The notes beneath the pieces were generated by a model that worked only from the letters and a program-made list of their open reading frames with translations, made no database searches and had not been told where the DNA came from. A program made the translations under genes and the position numbers. Below are positions 8,042-16,664 of a DNA stretch of 64,000 bases, one piece after another; position 1 is the first letter of the stretch, and each line of letters starts with the position of its first letter. The stretch spans positions 74,537 through 138,536 of the forward strand of contig CAYMVO010000001.1 of NCBI GenBank assembly GCA_964393975.1. Reading direction: 5' to 3'. This DNA comes from an uncultured Lachnospiraceae bacterium (GTDB lineage Bacteria; Bacillota; Clostridia; Christensenellales; UBA1242).

Positions 8042-9199
8042 CTACTCACCCAATTCTTTCACTTCGGTATTTGCGACCGCCCAATCAATCAGCTCATCCA
8101 TATTAACAAGTCTATTTTCTTGTTTAATTGCTTCACTAACTTTTGGTTTTATGACCGGTTTTGGTGGGACAAAGACCGTGCAACAATCTTCGTATGGCAG
8201 ACTGGAAGTCTCAAATGTACCAATTCTCTCTGCAATTCGGGTGATTTCTATTTTATCGTATGCAATAAGCGGTCTCAAAATAGGCAATTTCTCTGCAACG
8301 CTATTGCTACAAGTAATGCCTTGTACCGTTTGACTAGCGACTTGTGCTAAATTCTCACCCGTAACAATGCATTCAGCACCGCAAGATTTAGCAAGTCTTT
8401 CTGTTATTCTAACCATAATTCTACGCATTATAGTTATCATAAATGACCTATCACAATTTGCATTTATTTCCTCTTGTATTTTTGTAAAGGGCACAATGTA
8501 TAAATTGATTTTACCTGTATATTCAGTTAAAATTTTTGCCAAATCAACTACTTTTTGCTTTGCTTGTTCACTAGTGTACGGAAAACTATGAAAATAAACA
8601 GCATTTATATTTAAACCTCTTTTTGCCATTAAATACCCCGCAACCGGACTATCTATACCACCCGAAAGCATTAGCATTCCTAAGCCCGATGTACCAACAG
8701 GCAACCCACCAATCCCATCGTAGCGTTTACTCAAAATATATGTCCTACCATTTTCACGAATATCTATCTCAACCAAATGCTTAGGATTGTGTAAATCTAC
8801 ACGCAAGTCAGTATTGTTATCCAAAATCACATCTCCCATCTGCATACTCAAATCATTAGAATGAATAGGAAAATGTTTATCCGCTCTAGTAGTTTTTACT
8901 TTAAAAGTATCTTTAAGTTGTATGTTTTTACAAAAATTAGTAATGTTTTCTTCGCTAGTCTCTATTTCAACCGCAGGACTAACCGATATCAAACCAAACA
9001 CTTTTTGTAGTTTACTAATGGCCGTACTTTCTAGCTCTATATCATAATCACTTATTAGGTACCTACCACCTATTTTCTTTACTTTCGCTAATCCCTTTAC
9101 AGCTTTAGCGATATTATGTTCTAAAGCATCCTCAAAAATATATCTATTGTTGCCTTTTAAATGGATTTCGCCATATCTTGCTAAAATAACATTTTTCAT
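8042..9199 (-). CDS. thiI: tRNA 4-thiouridine synthase ThiI
   Basis: N-terminal ARYGEIHLKGNNR (ferredoxin-like/THUMP) and PP-loop SGGIDSPVA. The ATG at 9199 has an AGGAG RBS. Confidence 0.9.
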   Translation of the reverse strand: MKNVILARYGEIHLKGNNRYIFEDALEHNIAKAVKGLAKVKKIGGRYLISDYDIELESTAISKLQKVFGLISVSPAVEIETSEENITNFCKNIQLKDTFKVKTTRADKHFPIHSNDLSMQMGDVILDNNTDLRVDLHNPKHLVEIDIRENGRTYILSKRYDGIGGLPVGTSGLGMLMLSGGIDSPVAGYLMAKRGLNINAVYFHSFPYTSEQAKQKVVDLAKILTEYTGKINLYIVPFTKIQEEINANCDRSFMITIMRRIMVRITERLAKSCGAECIVTGENLAQVASQTVQGITCSNSVAEKLPILRPLIAYDKIEITRIAERIGTFETSSLPYEDCCTVFVPPKPVIKPKVSEAIKQENRLVNMDELIDWAVANTEVKELGE

Positions 9200-9209
9200 T
9201 TTACTCCTT

Positions 9210-10331
9210 TTAGAATGTTGATTTTCTTGCTTGCAATTTTGTAAGTAATTCTTGCAATTTGCTCGCAAAAATACGCACATCCTCTTCTGTGTTTTCTATA
9301 TCAAAGCTCACTCTCAAGTTGCCCTTTATACTTTTAGCATCTAGTCCCATTGCTGACAAAGTGCTATTCCCCACTGACTTAGAAGAACAAGCCGAACCAG
9401 TGCTAACCAAAATATCACACTCCTCCAAAGCGTGTACCATAGTCTCACCATTTACACCGTTCAAAGTCAAACTGACGACAAAAGGTGAATTTTCTTTTTT
9501 ACTATTAATTGTAATATCTTTATTATCAGCTAATAAATCAAACAACAAATCTCTAAGTACTGCTACTTTTGTTTGTTTTTCTTTTACATTAGTATTTTCT
9601 ATCACGTACTTTAGTGCCATAATACCTGATACATTTTCAGTACCTCCGCGAAGACCATCTTGTTGCTCACCACCTAGCAAATATGGTTTTGCATTTTTTC
9701 TAACAAAAAGCCCCGCAATACCTTTTGGTGCATGCACTTTATGCCCACTAATAGTATAAAAATCCACTCCTAAATCTTCCAAATTCACTGGTATTTTCAT
9801 AAACGCTTGTACACCGTCACTATGAAATAGCACATTAGGATTTATTTCTTTTGCAATTTGCACGAGTTGCTTTATTGGATTGATTGCGCCTGTCTCATTG
9901 GAAATATGAATCACACTAATAAGTCCTACATCTTTAGTCATCATATTCCTAAATGCCTCGATGCTTACCTTGCCATCACTATCTAACGGTATCTCTTCAA
10001 TATCATAACCTAAATTTTTGACCGCTTGAATAGTATGACTAATAGAACTATGCTCCGCTTTAGAAATAAGCACCTTTTTAAATCGTCTATTTAATTGTCC
10101 TAATAACACGGTATTATTTGATTCCGTAGCCGAACCAGTAAATAAAAACTTACCTTTTGCACTCAACGCATCTAAAATCACCTTTTTTGCATCATTAATT
10201 TCAGCGTGAATATTAGACGCTTTTGCGTACGGCGCACTTGGGTTGAAAAACTCTATTGAATTATATTTTTGTACTATCTCATTTACACCGTCTAGACATT
10301 TGGTCGTGCTTGCATTATCTAAAAAAATCAT
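9210..10331 (-). CDS. Cysteine desulfurase (NifS/NifZ/IscS family, class V aminotransferase)
   Basis: PLP-lysine motif SGHKVHAPKG and active-site Cys loop STGSACSS. Lies immediately upstream of thiI, like the Bacillus nifZ-thiI pair. Confidence 0.85.
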   Translation of the reverse strand: MIFLDNASTTKCLDGVNEIVQKYNSIEFFNPSAPYAKASNIHAEINDAKKVILDALSAKGKFLFTGSATESNNTVLLGQLNRRFKKVLISKAEHSSISHTIQAVKNLGYDIEEIPLDSDGKVSIEAFRNMMTKDVGLISVIHISNETGAINPIKQLVQIAKEINPNVLFHSDGVQAFMKIPVNLEDLGVDFYTISGHKVHAPKGIAGLFVRKNAKPYLLGGEQQDGLRGGTENVSGIMALKYVIENTNVKEKQTKVAVLRDLLFDLLADNKDITINSKKENSPFVVSLTLNGVNGETMVHALEECDILVSTGSACSSKSVGNSTLSAMGLDAKSIKGNLRVSFDIENTEEDVRIFASKLQELLTKLQARKSTF

Positions 10332-10332
10332 A

Positions 10333-12654
10333 TCATCTCCTCAAAAGCACTTTCAATTTGTACTCTAGTGATCTCAATAATCTCGCCACCGCTTGTTCCA
10401 CTTCAGTCTCAAGTAATGTCGCATCTTGTTTTTCAAATTTTAGTCTAAAACTCATACTTCTAAAGCCTTGTTCCACTTGTTCGCCTTCGTAAATATCCAC
10501 CAAATCGACCTCAGTACAAAATTTACCTGCTGAATGACAAATCTCATCATATAATGTTTTATAACTCAATTCATACGGAACAACAAAATTCAAATCTCTT
10601 ATAATGCTAGGAAATTTACTAATAGGTTTGTAGGTAAATTCATTTTCTTTTAGATTAAAAATCTTGTTAAGTTCCAACTCCAAAACATACACTTTTTCAC
10701 TAATGTCGTAATTCCTTAATACAAGTGGATGTATCTCACCTATAAGTCCTAAAGACTCGCCGTTTATGATTACTTTCCCAGATGCGTATTTATTGTATGG
10801 GAATGAAATATCTGTAGATAAATCAAATTCAAAATTTAACAAATTTGACACTCTAATTAAAATCTTTTTAAGCTCAAAAAAATCAGTTTTACCGCTAAGC
10901 GCTACGCACAAAGTAGTGATTTCGTTGTTTCTATTAGAATATTTACGACCGATTTCAAATAGTTTTAAATCTTTGTTTCCACGATTTAAATTAAAACTAA
11001 CCACTTCAAGTATGCTATCAATCAAATTTGTTCTTAACGCTTTGATATTATCGTTTAAAGGGTTACTGATTTGAATAGGATTTTCACAATCATTCATTAA
11101 TCTCACATTACTTTTGCCATCATTTAACGAAAAAGTTTTCACTTCATAAAGTCCACTGTTTACAAGCAAGTGTTTTATATCAACTAATTTATTGTACCCA
11201 CTATTAATAGTGGAAACCTCGGTCTTATTTTTAACCTTTATCTCATCCAACCCACATATACGGATAATCTCCTCCGCTATATCTGCAAGGCAAGTCAAAT
11301 CTGTACGAAAACTAGGTATTTCACAACTTAACATATCGCCAGTTATAGTCGTTTTTATGTTTAAACTATTGAGTATATTTTTCATTTTATCTATTGAGAT
11401 ATTTACTCCTAATAGATTATTGATTTCGTTATAATTTACATCCAAAGTCCTTTCGCTCATATCACAATTTTGTTTATCAACTATACACAAGACATCACCA
11501 CAAGCAAGTATCTTAACCAAACTCAAAGCTCGGTTTAGTCCCATTTCATTAAGGGTAGGCTCTACACCTCTTTCATACCTAGATGAACTATCCGACCTAA
11601 GACCTAGCCCTTTAGATGTATATCTAATACTTGCCCTAGCAAAGCTAGCACTTTCAAACAAGACATTTTGCGTGTCATCATTTACAGAAGCGTCCTCACC
11701 ACCCATCACGCCTGCGATGGCAATAGGTTTTTTACTATCACAAATGACCATATCTGACTCATTTAAATCATAAGTAACGCTATTTAAAGCCTTAATACTT
11801 TCTTTGCTTGCTTGTCTTACAACTATCCTATCCACTTTATCCAAATCAAAAGCGTGCATAGGTTGACCAATTTCCATTAAAACATAATTTGTTATGTCTA
11901 CTATATTATTTTTTGGATTGATACCGACTGCTCTCAACCTATCTTGCATCCATTTTGGCGAAGGTGCTAGTCTTACATTTTTAATCACAGCGCCCATATA
12001 CCTTAGACAGTCTTTCGTATTAATTTCCACATCAAAGCTAGCATTATTTTTATTATCAAAATCAAATGCAGGTTGTTTTAAAGGAAGATTTAACATTGTT
12101 GATATCTCACGAGCGAGACCAAGCACGCTATTACAATCAGGTCTATTGCCAAGGACTGTTACATCTAAAACAACATCATCAAGTCCTAAAACTTTTGCAA
12201 TATGCTCACCTGCTTTTACATCGTCTTTTAGTATCATAATACCATCAACTTCAGCGCCCTCATAAACCGAATCATCAATGCTAAGTTCGTGACCAGAACA
12301 AAGCATACCTTGTGACTCTAGTCCACGCATATTAGTAGTTTTGATTAAAACACCACAAGGCAAATCTGCGCCATCTGTAGCAACAGGCACATACGCCCCT
12401 TCAAAAACATTAGTCGCAGCGGTCAATATTTGCAAGTGTTTATCACCCATATTCAATTCACACACCGACAATTTTTCCGCATTAGGATGTTTTGTTATTT
12501 TTTCAATTTTTCCGACAAAAACTTTTTCCATTCCTTTATCGTTTCTTATAACTTCTTCCACCTCAAATCCACTATTAGTTAGTTTATTTGCTAGTTCTTC
12601 AGCCGAAATATTGATGTCTACAAAATCTTTCAACCAGTTAATAGATAATTTCAT
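10333..12654 (-). CDS. pheT: Phenylalanine--tRNA ligase beta subunit
   Basis: N-terminal MKLSINWLKDFV with a tRNA-binding domain, then B3/4, B5 and C-terminal FDX-ACB-like regions. 773 aa. Directly downstream of pheS. Confidence 0.95.
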   Translation of the reverse strand: MKLSINWLKDFVDINISAEELANKLTNSGFEVEEVIRNDKGMEKVFVGKIEKITKHPNAEKLSVCELNMGDKHLQILTAATNVFEGAYVPVATDGADLPCGVLIKTTNMRGLESQGMLCSGHELSIDDSVYEGAEVDGIMILKDDVKAGEHIAKVLGLDDVVLDVTVLGNRPDCNSVLGLAREISTMLNLPLKQPAFDFDNKNNASFDVEINTKDCLRYMGAVIKNVRLAPSPKWMQDRLRAVGINPKNNIVDITNYVLMEIGQPMHAFDLDKVDRIVVRQASKESIKALNSVTYDLNESDMVICDSKKPIAIAGVMGGEDASVNDDTQNVLFESASFARASIRYTSKGLGLRSDSSSRYERGVEPTLNEMGLNRALSLVKILACGDVLCIVDKQNCDMSERTLDVNYNEINNLLGVNISIDKMKNILNSLNIKTTITGDMLSCEIPSFRTDLTCLADIAEEIIRICGLDEIKVKNKTEVSTINSGYNKLVDIKHLLVNSGLYEVKTFSLNDGKSNVRLMNDCENPIQISNPLNDNIKALRTNLIDSILEVVSFNLNRGNKDLKLFEIGRKYSNRNNEITTLCVALSGKTDFFELKKILIRVSNLLNFEFDLSTDISFPYNKYASGKVIINGESLGLIGEIHPLVLRNYDISEKVYVLELELNKIFNLKENEFTYKPISKFPSIIRDLNFVVPYELSYKTLYDEICHSAGKFCTEVDLVDIYEGEQVEQGFRSMSFRLKFEKQDATLLETEVEQAVARLLRSLEYKLKVLLRR

Positions 12655-12667
12655 TACGTCTTTCTCC

Positions 12668-13687
12668 TTACTTAAATTGTTTTAAAAATCTTATATCATT
12701 TTCATACAAAGCACGCATATCGCTTATGCCAAATTCACACATCGTCAGCCTTTCTACACCAGCTCCAAGCGCAAAACCGCTATACTCGGTGCTATCAACG
12801 CCACCCGCTTCAAGAACATTAGGATTTATCATACCACAACCAAAAATTTCCATCCAACCAGTGTTCTTACATACTGAACACCCCTTGCCTTTACACTTCA
12901 CGCAAGTCACATCTGCCTCCACACTTGGCTCAGTAAATGGAAAGAATGACGGCCTCAAGCGCACGTCCGTATGTTCACCAAACAAAAACTTTGCGAGTTC
13001 GCTAATAGTAGTCTTTAAATCAGCCATTGACACATTTTTATCCACGACCATTACTTCCATTTGTTCAAAGACCGGAGAATGTGTTGCATCCACTTCATCA
13101 CCTCTATACGCTCTTCCTATACCGACCATTTTAAAAGGTGGTTTATACTGCTGAAGCATACGCACCTGTAGATTAGATGTATGCGACCTAAGTAAATACT
13201 CGTCATCTATATAAAATGTATCTTGCACATCTCTAGCTGGATGGTCCTTAGGTATATTCAATTTATCAAAATTATTCTCATAAACATCTATTTCAGGACC
13301 ATCAAACACGATATATCCACGACTAGAAAAGAATTGTATCAATTTTTCACTCATAATACTGAGTGGGTGCAATGCCCCCATTTTCCCGCTAACAGGTAAA
13401 GTAATATCTACTTTATTTTGAGCAAGCTTTTTCTCAAGTTCCTCATTATAAAGTCTCTCACCTTTTACTTTTATAGCATCATCTAACGAGTTTCTTGCGA
13501 TATTTAAGACTTGTCCAATTTTTGGTTTATCATCTTGTGATAACGTTTTCATCATTTTATTAAATTCGGTAATTGCGCCCGACTTCCCCAAATATTTTAC
13601 CTTGATTTCTTCAACTTCCTTTAGTGTAGTAGCGGTCTCAATCTCATTTAAAGCCACTTCTACAATAGATTTGATTTTTGCTTCCAT
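12668..13687 (-). CDS. pheS: Phenylalanine--tRNA ligase alpha subunit
   Basis: Class II motifs: HPARDVQDTFY, LLRSHTS, GRAYRGDEVDATHSPVFEQME and GFALGAGVERL. The ATG at 13687 has a GGAGG RBS. Confidence 0.95.
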   Translation of the reverse strand: MEAKIKSIVEVALNEIETATTLKEVEEIKVKYLGKSGAITEFNKMMKTLSQDDKPKIGQVLNIARNSLDDAIKVKGERLYNEELEKKLAQNKVDITLPVSGKMGALHPLSIMSEKLIQFFSSRGYIVFDGPEIDVYENNFDKLNIPKDHPARDVQDTFYIDDEYLLRSHTSNLQVRMLQQYKPPFKMVGIGRAYRGDEVDATHSPVFEQMEVMVVDKNVSMADLKTTISELAKFLFGEHTDVRLRPSFFPFTEPSVEADVTCVKCKGKGCSVCKNTGWMEIFGCGMINPNVLEAGGVDSTEYSGFALGAGVERLTMCEFGISDMRALYENDIRFLKQFK

Positions 13688-13699
13688 ATTATCCTCCAT

Positions 13700-13960
13700 A
13701 AACAAAATAATCGCCCTATCAAATTAGGACGATTTAATACCGTGGTACCACCTAAATTCCCCTCTCTAATATAAGAGAAAAGCACTCTTTACATCGTATA
13801 ACGAACGACTAATACGCCTATGCCTACTACCATTTCAACTAGGAGCTATGAGGTGAATTCATTATATAGATTTTTAGTCATTTTTCAGCCTATGAATGAC
13901 CTCTCTTTTAAAAACCTGACAAATAACTACTAGTCCTCAATCATTGCTTTTATTATAGAT
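13700..13960 (-). promoter_or_regulatory. T-box riboswitch leader (Phe-specific) controlling pheST
   Basis: The minus strand carries the T-box sequence AATTTAGGTGGTACCACGG (13758-13740). A terminator follows (AATCGTCCTA-ATTTGA-TAGGGCGATT, 13734-13709) with a U-rich tail. There is an AGAGA motif in stem I, and a candidate specifier UUC followed by A at 13857-13855. Confidence 0.85.
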
Positions 13961-13962
13961 AT

Positions 13963-13991
13963 AATATACCACTTAAATATCTTAATGTCAA
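13963..13991 (-). promoter_or_regulatory. Sigma-A promoter for the pheST leader
   Basis: On the minus strand: TTGACA (13991-13986), 17-nt spacer, TATATT (13968-13963). Confidence 0.6.
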
Positions 13992-14005
13992 CAATATTTA
14001 TCTTT

Positions 14006-14674
14006 TTAGTCAGGAATTAAATCAAGCATATCTTGTAATTGTGCGGAATTTAGATAAGTCTCAGGAATTTTACCTATTATAATGCTTTCACAAATAAGCA
14101 CTTGTACAGTATTTATAATTGTTCTATTCTCAACTGGCAGTATCATAGTGACTTTTGATTCTACATTTACATAAATTCTATGATGAGTTTGGTTAATCCC
14201 CGCTTGAGTAAACTCACTTTTAAAATTGCACGCAATTGAACCAATAGGTAATAATCTTATCTTGACATTTGGACCACGCCCAACTAAAATAGGCATTCCG
14301 CTAAAGGTCCCAAGTGGCACCATCACACCTTGATTTCCTATATTTTCTATCTTACTTTGAGCAATTTTAGCTAGTTCTTTACTTAATCTATTTATCAAGA
14401 TAGAATTTGCAGTTATTAGTGATACATCTCCCTCGCTATTAGTGGTTATGGTGACTAATTCATTATATAGTGCCGAATCTGATACCACTTCAGACACCGC
14501 ACTATTTATAGCTTTTAGCGTTAGACTACGCACCTTACTTTCACTAGTATTTAAAATCACAGGGTTTACAATAGTGTTAAAGTATATCATTATCAATACT
14601 AAACTCGCTATAACAATTACTAAATAAGTGTAAAATTTTCTTTTTCTTGAGTTTTTTGAGACTTGTTTTTTCAT
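14006..14674 (-). CDS. yunB: Sporulation protein YunB
   Basis: N-terminal TM followed by the pattern VPLGTFSG...GRGPNVKIRLLPIGS...GINQTHHRIYVNVESKV...IGKIPETY. This parallels B. subtilis YunB as I recall it. Confidence 0.7.
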   Translation of the reverse strand: MKKQVSKNSRKRKFYTYLVIVIASLVLIMIYFNTIVNPVILNTSESKVRSLTLKAINSAVSEVVSDSALYNELVTITTNSEGDVSLITANSILINRLSKELAKIAQSKIENIGNQGVMVPLGTFSGMPILVGRGPNVKIRLLPIGSIACNFKSEFTQAGINQTHHRIYVNVESKVTMILPVENRTIINTVQVLICESIIIGKIPETYLNSAQLQDMLDLIPD

Positions 14675-14725
14675 ACTTTATTGTATGAATAAGACTAACC
14701 ATTTAAAACTTTACACCCACAAAAA

Positions 14726-15106
14726 TTACTTACCATTTGATTTAGTTTTACTGGAAAATATTAAAGCAATCAAATAACTAAACACTACAGACGCAGCTAT
14801 CCCTGCACTTGTCCCAGCAAGACCGCCTTTTATAGCGCCAAGTAGCCCGCCAGCGTTAGCACCTTCTATCGCTCCTCTAGCAAGAGTTGCGCCAAAGCCT
14901 GAAATAGGTACAGTCGCCCCGCACTTTGCAAACTCCGCAAGTGGTCCATACAGTCCTACAGCCTCAAGAAATAATCCTAGCATCAAAAATGTAACTAGTA
15001 TCCTTGCATTTGTCATTTGCGTGCGTATTACGAGTATTTGACCTATAAGACAAATAGTCCCACCAACCAAAAAGACAATAACATAATCTAATATCATTTT
15101 ACTCAT
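14726..15106 (-). CDS. spoVAE: Stage V sporulation protein AE (SpoVAEb-type)
   Basis: A 126-aa 4-TM protein with GGTICLIGQ and PISGFGATL motifs. Paralogous to the adjacent SpoVAC. Overlaps the spoVAD stop. Confidence 0.85.
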   Translation of the reverse strand: MSKMILDYVIVFLVGGTICLIGQILVIRTQMTNARILVTFLMLGLFLEAVGLYGPLAEFAKCGATVPISGFGATLARGAIEGANAGGLLGAIKGGLAGTSAGIAASVVFSYLIALIFSSKTKSNGK

Positions 15107-16109
15107 CCCTCCTTATCACTATAGCGTGTGCGATACCTGGAATTGTATTTCCTTGTTGCGAGGATAAAGTACTTAATAACGCCCCTGTAGATAAAAACAA
15201 AACACTTTTGTAATCACCGCTTTTGAGCTTTTTCAAAACATACGAATTAAGTACTGTAGCACTACACCCACAACCACTACCACCCATAAAGGTTTTTTGT
15301 TCTTTATCAAAAATCAAATTGCCACAATCGCCATAATTTTCGTTCAAAGGATAACCTTCTTTTTCCATTAAGTCAATTAAAATTTCCGAGCCAAGTTTAC
15401 CCAAATCACCAGTCAAAATCAAATCATAATCTTCTGGCTTTCTTTTTGTATCCTCAAAATGCGCTTTTAATGTGTGCATTGCTGCAGGTGCCATTGCAGC
15501 ACCCATATTGTTTACATCAGACACACCATAATCACACACTTTACCAAAAGTTGCCATTTCAATGTAGGGGTTTTCTTCACCCTCAAGACTTAGTAACGTT
15601 GCGCCCGCTCCAGTAACTGTCCATTGACTTGTTGGTGGTCTTTGTGTCCCTAATTCAAGTGGATATCTAAATTGCCTCTCCGCTGTTGAAAAATGACTAC
15701 AAGTACCGCAAAGGACTTTTGTAAAATATCCTCCATCCACCAAGCAACTACCCACCGACAAACTTTCCGTCATAGTAGAACACGCTCCAAAAAGCCCAAT
15801 AAACGAGGTATCAAAATCTTTTGCCGTAAAAGTCGCACTAATAATTTGATTTAAAAGGTCACCAGATATAAACAAATCTATATCATTTGGTTCAAGCCCT
15901 GCTTTTTCTATTGCACCCATTACTGCAGTTTCCATTATTTTTTGCTCTGCTTTTTCATAAGTCTTTTCACCATATAAGTCATCTTTTAGTATATAATCAA
16001 AATATCCCGCCATTGGTCCACGCCCTTCTTTAGGTCCGACCACGCTATAATTTCCTATTATGCGAGGTTTATTTTCAAAAGTAACGGTTTGAGTCCCTAT
16101 TTTTCTCAT
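15099..16109 (-). CDS. spoVAD: Stage V sporulation protein AD (thiolase-like fold)
   Basis: 336 aa with FGACST, GGSGCGCSA and GALLS motifs typical of SpoVAD. Sits between spoVAC and spoVAE. Confidence 0.9.
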   Translation of the reverse strand: MRKIGTQTVTFENKPRIIGNYSVVGPKEGRGPMAGYFDYILKDDLYGEKTYEKAEQKIMETAVMGAIEKAGLEPNDIDLFISGDLLNQIISATFTAKDFDTSFIGLFGACSTMTESLSVGSCLVDGGYFTKVLCGTCSHFSTAERQFRYPLELGTQRPPTSQWTVTGAGATLLSLEGEENPYIEMATFGKVCDYGVSDVNNMGAAMAPAAMHTLKAHFEDTKRKPEDYDLILTGDLGKLGSEILIDLMEKEGYPLNENYGDCGNLIFDKEQKTFMGGSGCGCSATVLNSYVLKKLKSGDYKSVLFLSTGALLSTLSSQQGNTIPGIAHAIVIRRDE

Positions 16110-16119
16110 AAACTACCCC

Positions 16120-16566
16120 TTAAAAACACAAATAAATTATTCCAACTAGCACACTACCCGCTATACCATTAACAAGTACAGGTCCCGCTATCGTAAACAT
16201 TTTTACACACATTCCAAAAATCCACCCTTCCGTTTTAAACTCTATTGCAGGACTAGCGATGGAATTTGCGAACCCCGTTATAGGTATGACCGAACCTGCA
16301 CCTGCAAAAGTGCCTAATTTATCGTACACACCAAAACCAGTCAAAAGTGTACTAATGAAAATCAACGTTACAAGTGTATACGCTTGTACAACATCCTTTG
16401 TTAAACTAGGAAAAATTGCCATAATTGAGTCATAAATTCCTTGTCCAATTACGCATATAGTTCCACCTACTAAAAAAGCCCATATCAGTGTCGGAAAAGG
16501 TTTTGTTACAGGTCTTTTTGCTTCTACATACTTATTATACGCCTCTCTTTGTTTATTATCTACCAT
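16120..16566 (-). CDS. spoVAC: Stage V sporulation protein AC
   Basis: 148 aa with GGTICVIGQ and PITGFANS motifs. First gene of the spoVAC-AD-AE triad. Confidence 0.9.
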   Translation of the reverse strand: MVDNKQREAYNKYVEAKRPVTKPFPTLIWAFLVGGTICVIGQGIYDSIMAIFPSLTKDVVQAYTLVTLIFISTLLTGFGVYDKLGTFAGAGSVIPITGFANSIASPAIEFKTEGWIFGMCVKMFTIAGPVLVNGIAGSVLVGIIYLCF

Positions 16567-16664
16567 AATTTGCCTCCATATTTTTAATCACAATTATAGC
16601 CACTTAACAATTTATTAAACATAAATATTTGCTTTTTGGTTAAACTACTAAAAAGGAGTTTTAT

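Noticed and set aside
9259-9759. 166-aa plus-strand ORF, representative of about 60 similar antisense ORFs in the track (e.g. 12726-13154, 55357-55770, 11894-12265)
   Set aside because: These are shadow ORFs opposite well-supported genes. They have Ser/Phe/Leu/Thr-rich nonsense composition, no RBS and no motifs. Long antisense frames are expected opposite genes with biased codon usage.
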